DNA of 64,000 bases, from positions 10,391 through 74,390 of the forward strand of contig JAGLOF010000091.1 in assembly GCA_023139105.1 (NCBI GenBank). The letters run 5' to 3'. This document shows positions 1 through 9,026 of the stretch, piece by piece. The translations under genes were made by a program, and so were the position numbers. Within the stretch, counting starts at the first letter, position 1, and every line of letters begins with the position of its first letter. The notes under the pieces are model-generated. The model made no database searches, was not told where the DNA came from, and saw only the letters and a program-made list of their open reading frames with translations. This DNA comes from a bacterium (GTDB lineage Bacteria; Zhuqueibacterota; QNDG01; JAGLOF01).

Positions 1-950
1 TGCCATTGTTCAGCCAGGGGTATGACGATTCTTTTGAGATGAAGAATAAGGTTAAGGTTGAATTACAGTACGCAGATTATGGCGAATATGAGTATCCTGA
101 AGCTATTTTATTTCGATTTGGACTTCAGGAATACTATCAGCTTAGGCCATTTCTGGCCAATTTTCCTGAACGCCGTTCATTAATCAAGTTTACAAGAACT
201 GTAGGGGCAAAAACAGCTATAGGCGTCAAATATCAATTTTCAGATATCAGGGAAGATGTCAATAGTCATTTAACCGAAGCAAAGGTCACCACATCAATCA
301 GACCGGGATTGACAGCCTTGGTTGGAGTGCAGATGATCTATGACGAAAGAGGTTTTAAGGCATGGCAACCTGGCGTTGGTATGCGCTGGGATCTTAGTGC
401 TGCCACTACATTACAGGCGGATGCCCAATATTATACACGTGGCGAAGATGCTGTTGATATTGGAGGTAGCTTGGGTTCATTGAACCTTCGCTGCAAACTG
501 CGTCAAGTATTGACGGTTTCTACTGCCATGATGTTGGAGTATCTTTTTTATGATGCTGACGGTGAAGCAATTGAATTTACTTCGCATACCGTCTCCCTCT
601 GGTTAAGCAGGTTTTTTCATACTCAGACCGCGGTTCATTTGAATTTACGTTTCTATGATAACAGTCTTGGTATTCAGTCTATGGCACCCTCTATTGAAAT
701 TGGTCAGTATCTTAACTGGGCAACTATTTTACGGTTTAAATATCGTTACTACAATAATAAGAGTAATAATATAAGTTTGGGTGAGAGTGATATTGTTGTG
801 CCTGACGGCTTGAAGACTCATGCTGCCAGCCTTCAGCTTAATCGGGAACTTAATTCAGAGCTTCTTGGTTATTTGAAGTACAGGTATTATAAGAGTAATC
901 AGGGCGTGGTCATGAATACATATTTATTAGGTTTTGTATATTCGTTTTAG
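1..950 (+). CDS. outer-membrane beta-barrel-like protein (5' end cut by window edge)
   Basis: The frame of ORF 6..950 stays open to base 3, so the gene likely begins upstream of the window. It has a Y/R/N/G-rich alternating pattern and the C-terminus ...LLGFVYSF (terminal Phe) typical of OMP barrels. No specific family recognised. Confidence 0.45.
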   Translation, partial: PLFSQGYDDSFEMKNKVKVELQYADYGEYEYPEAILFRFGLQEYYQLRPFLANFPERRSLIKFTRTVGAKTAIGVKYQFSDIREDVNSHLTEAKVTTSIRPGLTALVGVQMIYDERGFKAWQPGVGMRWDLSAATTLQADAQYYTRGEDAVDIGGSLGSLNLRCKLRQVLTVSTAMMLEYLFYDADGEAIEFTSHTVSLWLSRFFHTQTAVHLNLRFYDNSLGIQSMAPSIEIGQYLNWATILRFKYRYYNNKSNNISLGESDIVVPDGLKTHAASLQLNRELNSELLGYLKYRYYKSNQGVVMNTYLLGFVYSF

Positions 951-958
951 AGGATGTT

Positions 959-1750
959 ATGAGACAGCAATTAAAATTATTTTTTTCTATTACGGGAGCG
1001 GCATTTCTCATTTGGCATTGTGGCAAAACACCTGCAAATATGCCTGAGATAATACCAGGATCAATACGTATTTCCGCACAGGATGAAATTCGTATTGATT
1101 CGATCAATGTTATTCTGGATGATGAACCGCTTGAACAATATGCCAATCCGGTGCTTATGGAGGATATTACTCCGGGGACACATGCACTCTCTGTGGCAAC
1201 CCTATCAGGTGTGGAACAATTCTATCCTCAATTGTTGGTTGCATCTGATCAGGTTACTGAAGTAGCACCATTACTTGATGTCGGACCGGCGAGAAGACCA
1301 TTTGAGGGATATACTGCTCCTGATTTTTCAGCGTTAACTCTTGATAGTACCTATATTGGTTCTTCCGATTATACTGGTAATGTTACTCTATTATTTTTTA
1401 TATTGGATACTTGAAGCTCTTGTCTTGAGACGGAGTTACCGTCTGTAGAAGAATTACTTTGGAGCGTGTTTAAAAGTAATATTCATGCAAGAGTAATGTG
1501 TATTGTATATGGGCAAAGGGAATCAGTGTTTCGGGATTTTGTCAATACTCATCATTTAACATTTCCTATTGTTTATGTTGATAATTTTTCATTATTTGGA
1601 ATGTATAATGTTGGCTATGAGTGGGGGCGTATCCCGCCATCATGGTTTGTCATAGATAAGGAGGGTGTGATTCAACTGCGCCGGGACAATGCGTATGACA
1701 GTGTTACAATTATGTATTCAAAAATGAATGAACTTTTAAACTCCAATTAA
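959..1750 (+). CDS. exported PEGA-like + TlpA/ResA-like thioredoxin-fold protein with selenocysteine at TGA 1412-1414 (U-S-S-C)
   Basis: ORFs 959..1414 and 1466..1750 share a frame (1466-959=507) and the 17 codons between them contain no stop. Read-through gives ...YTAPDFSALTLDS..GNVTLLFFILDT-U-SSC-LETELP...RIPPSWFVIDKEG. This is the TlpA layout (APxF, beta-strand, CxxC, ExP, cis-Pro, ID.xG) with TGA at the first Cys. Hairpin 1428-1444 follows. The N-terminus is hydrophobic and signal-like. Confidence 0.8.
1428..1444 (+). promoter_or_regulatory. putative bacterial SECIS stem-loop
   Basis: AGACGG-AGTTA-CCGTCT is a 6-bp stem starting 16 nt after the U of TGA 1412. The apical loop contains GU. 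It shares the core GGAGTT-N-CC with the hairpins at 1984 and 4174. Confidence 0.65.
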
Positions 1751-1765
1751 TGAGCAGAGGATTAT

Positions 1766-2290
1766 ATGATATGTCGAACAAGAAAGATTCTAACCATTGG
1801 AATCTTATTTCTCGGAGTATTTTTTACGATTGTGCCTGTCAGTGCTCAATTGAAAGTGGGTGATACTGCCCCTGCTTTTAAATTACATAATGTAAACACT
1901 AAGAAATTCGTTACCTTGAGTGATTTCATTGACAAGAAGATCGTCATAGTCCATTTCTGGAAATCAAAGTGACGAGAATGTCTTGAGGAGTTTCCTCATT
2001 TGTTTGATATTTATGATGCTTACAAGGAACATGTAGAGATTTTGTCAATTAATCCAATCAATCCACGTGGACGTATTCTCTCGGATTTAAGGCGTTTTGA
2101 TGCCCCTTTCCCTGTGCTTGAAGGACGCGGCAGCCGTATTATACGCGATTACAAAATCCGCTCCCTTCCCGCCATATATATTATTGACAAGGCGGGAGAG
2201 ATAGTAGCGGGCGGCAAGTATATGTCATTTGAAAAGTTGGAAACTACTATAAAATCAATGATCGCTGTGAAAACGGCTGAAATTGAGTAG
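1766..2290 (+). CDS. secreted TlpA/ResA-like thiol:disulfide oxidoreductase with selenocysteine at TGA 1970-1972 (U-R-E-C)
   Basis: ORFs 1766..1972 and 2000..2290 are in frame (234 nt apart) with 9 sense codons between them. Read-through gives a signal peptide ...VPVSAQ, then GDTAPAFKL..FVTLSDFIDKKIVIVHFWKSK-U-REC-LEEFPHL...SLPAIYIIDKAGE. This is a canonical TlpA pattern with TGA in place of the first Cys of WCxxC. Confidence 0.85.
1984..1998 (+). promoter_or_regulatory. putative bacterial SECIS stem-loop
   Basis: TGAGGA-GTT-TCCTCA is a 6-bp perfect stem with a GUU loop, starting 14 nt after the U of TGA 1970. Confidence 0.7.
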
Positions 2291-2331
2291 AAGTAGTTCT
2301 GGTTTATTCCTTTTTAAGTGATATTTTACTC

Positions 2332-2361
2332 TTGCAAAATACATAGCTGTCGGCGTATATT
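2332..2361 (+). promoter_or_regulatory. possible sigma70-like promoter for tRNA-Sec
   Basis: TTGCAA (2332-2337), an 18-nt spacer, then TATATT (2356-2361), 14 nt upstream of the tRNA 5' end. Pattern match only. Confidence 0.3.
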
Positions 2362-2375
2362 ATGTCTGCAGTTTT

Positions 2376-2475
2376 GGGGGCGAATGAGCACCTGGTGGGC
2401 TCCGCGGACTTCAAATCCGTATGTGCCGTGCTGAGAAGTTCGGTAGGTGGGTTCGATTCCCACACGCCCTCGCCA
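2376..2475 (+). tRNA. selC: tRNA-Sec (anticodon TCA)
   Basis: A 100-nt sequence, GGGGGCGA...ACGCCCTC-G-CCA, with these elements: an acceptor helix; an anticodon stem GCGGA/TCCGT with loop CTTCAAA (TCA at 2411-2413); a long variable arm (TGCCG...CGGTA with an internal GCT-GAGA-AGT); a T arm GTGGG-TTCGATT-CCCAC; and an encoded CCA. The length and long extra arm are typical of bacterial selC. Confidence 0.9.
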
Positions 2476-2623
2476 AATAATTTCTGTTTAAATATATCTA
2501 TGCATAGATGTTCTCCCTCATCATCCAATTGCAGGAGCTTGTATGTTTCCGAAGCGATGGTTTATGCATCTTGTCATTATTCTGTTCCAACAATCATGTA
2601 ATAAATTTCCAACGGGTATTGCC

Positions 2624-4498
2624 ATGAAAAATTTACTAACATTCATGGCAATTCTTCTATTCTCTATCGGATGTAGGCGTAATGCTCTACCACCGGATGT
2701 GGAATTCAAAAAAGGCCGGAAATATGAATCAGCCGGTTATATTGATTCTGCATTAACTTGTTATAGAAATGCTATTGTTTCCGATGGAATGTATATGCCC
2801 GCACAACGTGCTGCGCACTACTGGCTAAGAAAGAAACCTTGTAATAAAGATTCACTAATAGATGTTTGCATTCGTAATATCCGGGAATACCCCGATGAAG
2901 TTGGCTGGCATATACTGCATGCACGTATGTACCCATATACAGACAGTCTGCGCCAAACACTATTGAACCTGTGTAAACGTTTTCCTAAGGAAAGTGAAAT
3001 CTGGCTTTATCTTGGTAATATTTGTATGAAAATGGAATTTAAGCATGACGCACTATCCGCATATGATAAAGCCCTTGCTCTGGATTCGACAAATGCCCGA
3101 GTCCTGTGTGCCATTGGACATTACTATTATCAATCAGATAAGTTGGAATTAGCATTAAAGTCTGCTCTTTCAGCGCTTCGATATGACAATTTAATAAGAT
3201 CAAATCTTGGTAGTATATATCTTAAGATGTATTTTAATGCCATAGATAAAGAAGAGGCTGCTGATAGTATTGAGTGTAAGATGAAGGGCCTTCTTAAAAT
3301 TTATCCTGATAATACCTATCTTCTGAACAGTGCTCATTTGTTGGCCTGTCGCTTAAAAAAGAAACATTGGTCTGCTATTCTTTCAAAACGTCTTGAGGAG
3401 AAAGCACCAAGAGGGGGCTGGGCAGAGACTCAGGCCATTTATCCGCAGGGAGTATCGGGACGGGAGCATTACTATAAAATGTGTCAGTATCTGGGGGATT
3501 ACCCTTTTGGACGCCACAGGGGTGTTGCTTTTACATGCGCTTTTGTCTATGCTGCCAAACGCAGGTCTGTAAGCGATGAGGAAGCATGCTGTATTGCCAG
3601 AGATTGGATTCGGGAATATCCGGCATCGGGCCATGTGTATAAGCAGACAATATGGGATTGCTTTGTTAAGCATCGCAAAAACATAGCCTATGCTTTTTAT
3701 CTTATAAGATGCGGTATAAGTGCTGCTCCTGTAGGGGAACGCGGCATAGCATATTTTCAGTTGGCAAAATTGCATTATCATCAATGCCGTAATGATTCGG
3801 TTTCTTATTATTTGAATCTGGCAAAAAAATTAATGCCTGCAAATGCCGATTTTTTATATTGGCAGGGAAAGTGTCAACTGGCTTTGGGACATACTAATGA
3901 GGCCTTGATACTATTATCAAAGGCAGCACATTTGGAGGAGACTACTGCCATAAGAAGAACTCTTGAGCGGGCCTATGAAAAGAAAAATGGAAGCCTTAAA
4001 GGCCTTGAAGAATATCTTAAATCCAATATTGCTGTAAATTCGTTAAAAGCATGTGGTCCTTTACTCCCTCAAATGGACGTTAGCCTTGTAAATGGTGAGA
4101 ATATAAACCTGGCAGATTATGGAGGCCGAGTATTGCTTCTGAATTTTTGGAAACCTGGCTGAGGTGCTTGCCGTACGGAGTTTCCGTATATGCAGGATTT
4201 AATTGAACAGTATCAAGATACAGAATTTTCCATGCTTTCAATATGTGTTCAGTCACACAGAAAAGTAGCCCAAAGATATGTTGATTCTGCTATGATAGAA
4301 GACAAAGCATTATTCCCAGTGGGGTATGATGGTGCCGACATTTTTAAGACCATGCATGGTAATTCTCTGCCTATGACATTTATTATCGATAGAAATCGAC
4401 AGGTTCGGTTTAGACATAGGGAATTTAAGATAGGTATGGAGAAGCAGTTTGCCCGGGAGATTGAAATATTGTTGGATGAGCCGGATGAGTCTTTGTAA
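2624..4498 (+). CDS. TPR-repeat lipoprotein with C-terminal TlpA-like thioredoxin domain, selenocysteine at TGA 4160-4162 (U-G-A-C)
   Basis: ORFs 2543..4162 and 4190..4498 are in frame (1647 nt apart). Read-through gives ...YGGRVLLLNFWKPG-U-GAC-RTEFPYMQDL...NSLPMTFIIDRNRQV. The likely start is ATG 2624 (MKNLLTFMAILLFSIGC, lipobox-like). The central region is TPR-like (repeated A/Y/L patterns). Hairpin 4174-4188 follows the TGA. Confidence 0.8.
4174..4188 (+). promoter_or_regulatory. putative bacterial SECIS stem-loop
   Basis: TACGGA-GTT-TCCGTA is a 6-bp perfect stem with a GUU loop, starting 14 nt after the U of TGA 4160. The geometry matches the 1984 hairpin. Confidence 0.7.
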
Positions 4499-4577
4499 TC
4501 TGCTGATTTATAATTTAGAACCTTTTTTATTTGGATTCATCCCCCTGGCTTGGTAAATTCAGAGAACTAAATGGAGG

Positions 4578-5369
4578 GTGAATTTGCAGGTTGGATTTGT
4601 TCAGTTTGAACCGATCTTCGGTGAAAAAAAACTCAACTTTGAAAGAATCAAAGAACTGATTCTCACGCGTCAGGCTGATCTATGGGTGTTGCCCGAGCTG
4701 TTCGCAACAGGCTATCAGTTTAAATCTCAAGAGGAAATGCGTGGATTAGCAGAACCGGCCTCCGGAGGAGCGACTTTTCAATTTCTTCAGCAGTTGTGCA
4801 TAGACTCAGCCTTTCATATAGTAGCTGGTTTTACAGAATGTGACGAAGGGGCTTGTTACAATTCATCTATGCTCATTGGGCCGGATGGACTTGTAGGAGT
4901 TTACAGAAAAGTACATCTCTTTGCAGATGAACGTCAGTTATTCTCACCCGGCAATCTCGGTTTTCCCGTTTTTGATATTGGTTCGGCTAAAGTTGGAATG
5001 ATGATATGTTTTGACTGGCTCTTTCCTGAAGCTGCCAGATCTCTGGCTTTGGGAGGTGCTGATATAATTGCCCATCCTGTTAATCTTGTCTTGCCGTTCT
5101 GTCAGGACGCTATGAAGACACGTTGTCTTGAGAATGGTCTATTCGCTATCACGGCCAACCGCATCGGCACAGAACATCGTACAGAGTCATCTTTGACATT
5201 TACTGGTCGGAGCCAGATTGTAGACCCCTCCGGTAAGCGGCTTATACGTATCGGTGAAAAAATTTCAGGCGTTCAGGTGGTGTCTATTGATCCCATGCGG
5301 GCGAGAGACAAGATGGTTACTGAACATAACGACCGCCTTGCCGATAGAAGACCGGAACAATATAGATGA
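4578..5369 (+). CDS. carbon-nitrogen hydrolase (nitrilase superfamily) protein
   Basis: The E-K-C triad context is present: VLPELF, YRKVHLF, MMICFDWLFPE. The size (about 260 aa) is typical. The start is uncertain (GTG 4578 or TTG 4584 after GGAGGG). Confidence 0.8.
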   Translation: MNLQVGFVQFEPIFGEKKLNFERIKELILTRQADLWVLPELFATGYQFKSQEEMRGLAEPASGGATFQFLQQLCIDSAFHIVAGFTECDEGACYNSSMLIGPDGLVGVYRKVHLFADERQLFSPGNLGFPVFDIGSAKVGMMICFDWLFPEAARSLALGGADIIAHPVNLVLPFCQDAMKTRCLENGLFAITANRIGTEHRTESSLTFTGRSQIVDPSGKRLIRIGEKISGVQVVSIDPMRARDKMVTEHNDRLADRRPEQYR

Positions 5370-5471
5370 TCATGCCGTTTGTCTTATATGGCAAGAAAGG
5401 CGTAATGGAAGAAGATTAGATCTATCTCTTTCGTTTTAACCAACCACCAAAAGTTTATTCTAGAGGTCTTA

Positions 5472-5879
5472 ATGCAATTCTCATCCAAACAGAAGAAACG
5501 TATTAACATTAATATTACATCATTAATAGATGTGCTCTTCCTTCTACTAATCTTTTTTATTGTTTCATCTACCTTTGTAGAGCAACCCGGACTAAAGCTA
5601 GATCTTCCCAAGACATCGGGCCGCCAAGGTGTTGAAGTTGACGGATATACATTATTTGTCACAGCTGATGGTAAGATGTTCATCAACGAAGAGTCAATTC
5701 CTATGACAGATTTGGAAAATTATCTTAAAAAATCTGTTGATATTATAAATGAAAAAGGGCTGATACTTAAAGGGGATGAAGGCGTGCGTTATGGTATTGT
5801 TGTAGAGATTATGGATGCGGCCAGGAATGCCGGTGTCGTCAAGTTAATAGTTGCAACAGAGTTGAAAGAGAGTAAATAG
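5472..5879 (+). CDS. exbD: biopolymer transport protein ExbD/TolR
   Basis: The N-terminal motif INITSLIDVLFLLLIFFIV (single TM) and a 135-aa size are typical of ExbD/TolR. No exbB or tonB is adjacent. Confidence 0.85.
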   Translation: MQFSSKQKKRININITSLIDVLFLLLIFFIVSSTFVEQPGLKLDLPKTSGRQGVEVDGYTLFVTADGKMFINEESIPMTDLENYLKKSVDIINEKGLILKGDEGVRYGIVVEIMDAARNAGVVKLIVATELKESK

Positions 5880-5910
5880 TGTCATCAGGCATCCGGGCAG
5901 GGATTGTAAA

Positions 5911-6756
5911 ATGAAGATAATAAATACAGTAAAAGCAATGCAACAGGAGGCGGATTCTTTACGCATGGCTGGGAAACGTATTGGATTAGTTCCGACAATG
6001 GGTGCGCTGCATGATGGACATTTAAGTCTCCTAACAATGGCCAAAGAAAAGTCGGATATTGTTGTAGTCTCTATTTTTGTCAATCCGACACAATTTGGCC
6101 CTGATGAAGATCTTGATGCATATCCCAGGGATTTTGATAGAGATGAGAGACTTTTAATCCGGGCCGGAGCAGATATTATTTATTATCCCGCTGTTGATGA
6201 GATGTACCCCACTTCGTATCATACTTATGTTACTGTAGATACATTGACAGAAAAGCTCTGTGGCGCATCAAGACCAGGGCATTTTAGAGGTGTTACAACA
6301 ATTGTTACAAAGCTGTTTAATGCTGTGAAACCACATTGCGCCGTCTTTGGTGAGAAAGATTTTCAACAAGTCGCTGTTATTCGGAGAATGGCAGTAGATT
6401 TGAATATGGATGTTGAAATAATTACTGCGCCAATTGTAAGAGAGAAAGACAGTCTGGCCATGAGTTCGCGCAATAATTATCTTTCCATAGAAGAAAGACA
6501 GGATGCGTTGATACTTTATAACTCTCTTGAAAAAGCACGCAAATTAATCCGTGAAGGAATGCGGGATGTTGATAAAATCTCCAAGGCAATTGAGGCCTTG
6601 ATTTTGGAGAAAGATAATGTGTCTATTGATTATATCAATCTGATTCATCCTGGTACACTGGAGGATATTCAGCATATTGAGGATTCTGTACAGATTGTTC
6701 TGGCTGTTTTTGTAGGCAAGATTCGTTTAATTGATAATCTCAGAGTTGATCTCTGA
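5911..6756 (+). CDS. panC: pantoate--beta-alanine ligase
   Basis: VPTMGALHDGHLSL and FVNPTQFGP motifs, 281 aa. Ends with a genuine TGA stop at 6754-6756. Confidence 0.95.
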   Translation: MKIINTVKAMQQEADSLRMAGKRIGLVPTMGALHDGHLSLLTMAKEKSDIVVVSIFVNPTQFGPDEDLDAYPRDFDRDERLLIRAGADIIYYPAVDEMYPTSYHTYVTVDTLTEKLCGASRPGHFRGVTTIVTKLFNAVKPHCAVFGEKDFQQVAVIRRMAVDLNMDVEIITAPIVREKDSLAMSSRNNYLSIEERQDALILYNSLEKARKLIREGMRDVDKISKAIEALILEKDNVSIDYINLIHPGTLEDIQHIEDSVQIVLAVFVGKIRLIDNLRVDL

Positions 6757-6864
6757 TCACCTATTAAAAGGCCACAGCACTAAATTGCAAAATACAAATA
6801 ACAAAATACAAACAGGAATAGAAGAACATATATTACCAACTAAAATCGACATAGGATCTGTTTT

Positions 6865-7902
6865 TCAGCCTCTGCCTGGTAGTTTAATAGTAAAAATTGT
6901 TCCCTCATCAACATTGCTTTCTACCTGAATTTCACCCTTATGAAGATCTACAAATTCTTTGCATAGTATTAATCCCAGACCTGTTCCCGGTTCATTTTCT
7001 GTTCCTCTCACTGAAACACGTTCTCCAACCTGAAAGAGTTTTTTGATTATAGCCGGATGAATTCCTACACCGTTATCAGAAATGCTAATTTCTACATGAC
7101 TATTAACATATATGGCATGAATACGTATTTCGCCATTCTCCCGTGAAAATTTAATACTATTATTAATCATGTTACGTATAATTGCTTCAATCATATTGCG
7201 GTCTGCGTAAAGGATTATGGGGTCCTCAATGGAGTTTACCAGAAATAATCCTTTTTTTTGTGCTATTTCATAGGAGTGTCTCATCACCTTATCGATGAGT
7301 GGAGTCAGGTTTATCATATATGGATTAAATGGTAGTGTATTAGTCTGTGTTTGCGACCATTCAAGCAGGTTTTCTAAAAGTGATGCCGTATTGTTAACAT
7401 TTATCTTCAATTGAGTGACGAGTTCGGAAATTTCTTCAGGTGTATATGTTGTGGCATGTCGCTCCATCAATTTTATGAAGCTGCATAGGGTTTGAAATGG
7501 ATTTCTCAGATCATGTGCGATAATAGAGAAAAACTTGTCTTTTGCATCATTTGCTTCTTTAAGTTCCCGCTGATTCTTTTTCAATTTTATGTTAGTTCGA
7601 TGTACCTGCCAGAAGGCCAGTATGAATATGGTCATGCTTATAAAGGTTGCAAAAATAAGTATATTCTGTCTTTTATTTTCGGCATTATGCATTGTCTGTT
7701 CTTTTCCTAAAGGAATACTTTCACTGATTTTACTTTGCACAGACAATGCCTCTGACGCTGGTTTTGATTGTTCCGGGTTGAGTCGGCCAACCATGTTCTG
7801 GTGGTTTGATGCAAAACAATATGCTGTAATCAGACAGAATAAACATGTTGCTAAAATACTTGAACTATTATGAGTAAATTTTTTGTATCGCATATTCATC
7901 AT
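6865..7902 (-). CDS. membrane sensor histidine kinase
   Basis: A TM segment, a HisKA H-box FFSIIAHDLRNPF, and HATPase_c motifs (NNSIKFS, DNGVGI, GTGLGL). The start overlaps the upstream gene's stop by 4 nt. Confidence 0.85.
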   Translation of the reverse strand: MMNMRYKKFTHNSSSILATCLFCLITAYCFASNHQNMVGRLNPEQSKPASEALSVQSKISESIPLGKEQTMHNAENKRQNILIFATFISMTIFILAFWQVHRTNIKLKKNQRELKEANDAKDKFFSIIAHDLRNPFQTLCSFIKLMERHATTYTPEEISELVTQLKINVNNTASLLENLLEWSQTQTNTLPFNPYMINLTPLIDKVMRHSYEIAQKKGLFLVNSIEDPIILYADRNMIEAIIRNMINNSIKFSRENGEIRIHAIYVNSHVEISISDNGVGIHPAIIKKLFQVGERVSVRGTENEPGTGLGLILCKEFVDLHKGEIQVESNVDEGTIFTIKLPGRG

Positions 7903-9026
7903 GCTTTAATGTCCTTCTGTTTCTGTGGAATTCGTATAAAAAAACAACTTCCAACATTTTTTTCGCTCTCAACATGTAGGCTACCATTATGGCGTTTAAC
8001 AAATTCATTACATAATATTAAACCCAGACCACTTCCTCTTTCCTGTTCAGTGCCTTCTGTGGTTATTTTTGTGTCAATTTTAAATAGCTTATTCAATACT
8101 TTTTCACTCATACCAACACCATTGTCTTTTACTGAAAATTCAATACCGGATCTGTAATGTCGTGCATCAACCATTATCTGTCCTTCCCGGTGTGAAAATT
8201 TTATTGAGTTGGATATAATATTTCTCAGAACAGTAGCCATCATATGCCTGTCACCTGTGAATTGCAGGTCTGTATCAACCGTGGTCTTAAGCTCGATACC
8301 CTTGTATGCAGCATGTGTATTCATAAAAGTTATACATTCGTCAATAATATCTTGAGCCGGCATGGTCTCACTGTTAAACTGTATACCGTCGGTTTGGGAT
8401 TGAGCCCATTGTAATAAATTTTCCAGCAAAGCCTTGGTTGTATCTGCCTTGGTACGCAATTCATCAATAAACATCATGAGTTCTTCATTGCTGAAATGAT
8501 TTGAGCCTCTGGCAGTCAACTTTAGAAAACTGACAATAGTATTGAATGGGCTACGTAAATCATGGGCAATTATAGAGAAAAAACGATCCTTGGAAGCCAG
8601 AGCATTTTTAAGAGCGTCTCTTGTCTGTTTTAGAGTGAGATGAGTTTTTACTCGAGCCAGGAGTTCCGTGCCATTAAAAGGTTTTGTTATGTAATCAACA
8701 GCACCCAGATTGAATCCCTTAACTATATCTTCTGTCTCTGTCTTTGCTGTTAGAAAAATAACAGGTATGTCTACTGTATTCGGATTTTCCTTAAGTTTTT
8801 TACATACATCAAAACCAGAGAGTCCCGGCATCATTATATCCAAAAGTATCAGGTCGGGCTGCACATCATGTATACGCTCCAAAGCTTGCATGCCGTCAGT
8901 GGCCACGGCCAGATGATAATCATGTTTCTTTAGAATATTACCCAATACCTGAAGATTTCTTGGAGTATCATCAACCAAAAGTATGAGGGCATGGGGAGCG
9001 GGTGTTGTATTTTTTAAGTCTATCAT
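7899..9026 (-). CDS. response-regulator receiver / histidine kinase fusion
   Basis: An N-terminal REC domain (LLVDD...DLILLDIMMPGLSG...LTAK), then the H-box FFSIIAHDLRSPF and an HATPase_c domain (GSGLGL). Confidence 0.85.
   Translation of the reverse strand: MIDLKNTTPAPHALILLVDDTPRNLQVLGNILKKHDYHLAVATDGMQALERIHDVQPDLILLDIMMPGLSGFDVCKKLKENPNTVDIPVIFLTAKTETEDIVKGFNLGAVDYITKPFNGTELLARVKTHLTLKQTRDALKNALASKDRFFSIIAHDLRSPFNTIVSFLKLTARGSNHFSNEELMMFIDELRTKADTTKALLENLLQWAQSQTDGIQFNSETMPAQDIIDECITFMNTHAAYKGIELKTTVDTDLQFTGDRHMMATVLRNIISNSIKFSHREGQIMVDARHYRSGIEFSVKDNGVGMSEKVLNKLFKIDTKITTEGTEQERGSGLGLILCNEFVKRHNGSLHVESEKNVGSCFFIRIPQKQKDIKA

Noticed and set aside
2304-2601. ORFs 2304..2528 (-) and 2362..2601 (+) as protein-coding genes
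   Set aside because: Both overlap the well-formed tRNA-Sec (2376-2475). Their translations are low-complexity or atypical and have no start context. They are artefacts of an RNA gene.
5472-5879. A complete Ton/Tol energy-transduction locus around exbD
   Set aside because: Only the ExbD-like gene is present. No ExbB/TolQ or TonB ORF is adjacent, so no system-level claim can be made from this window.
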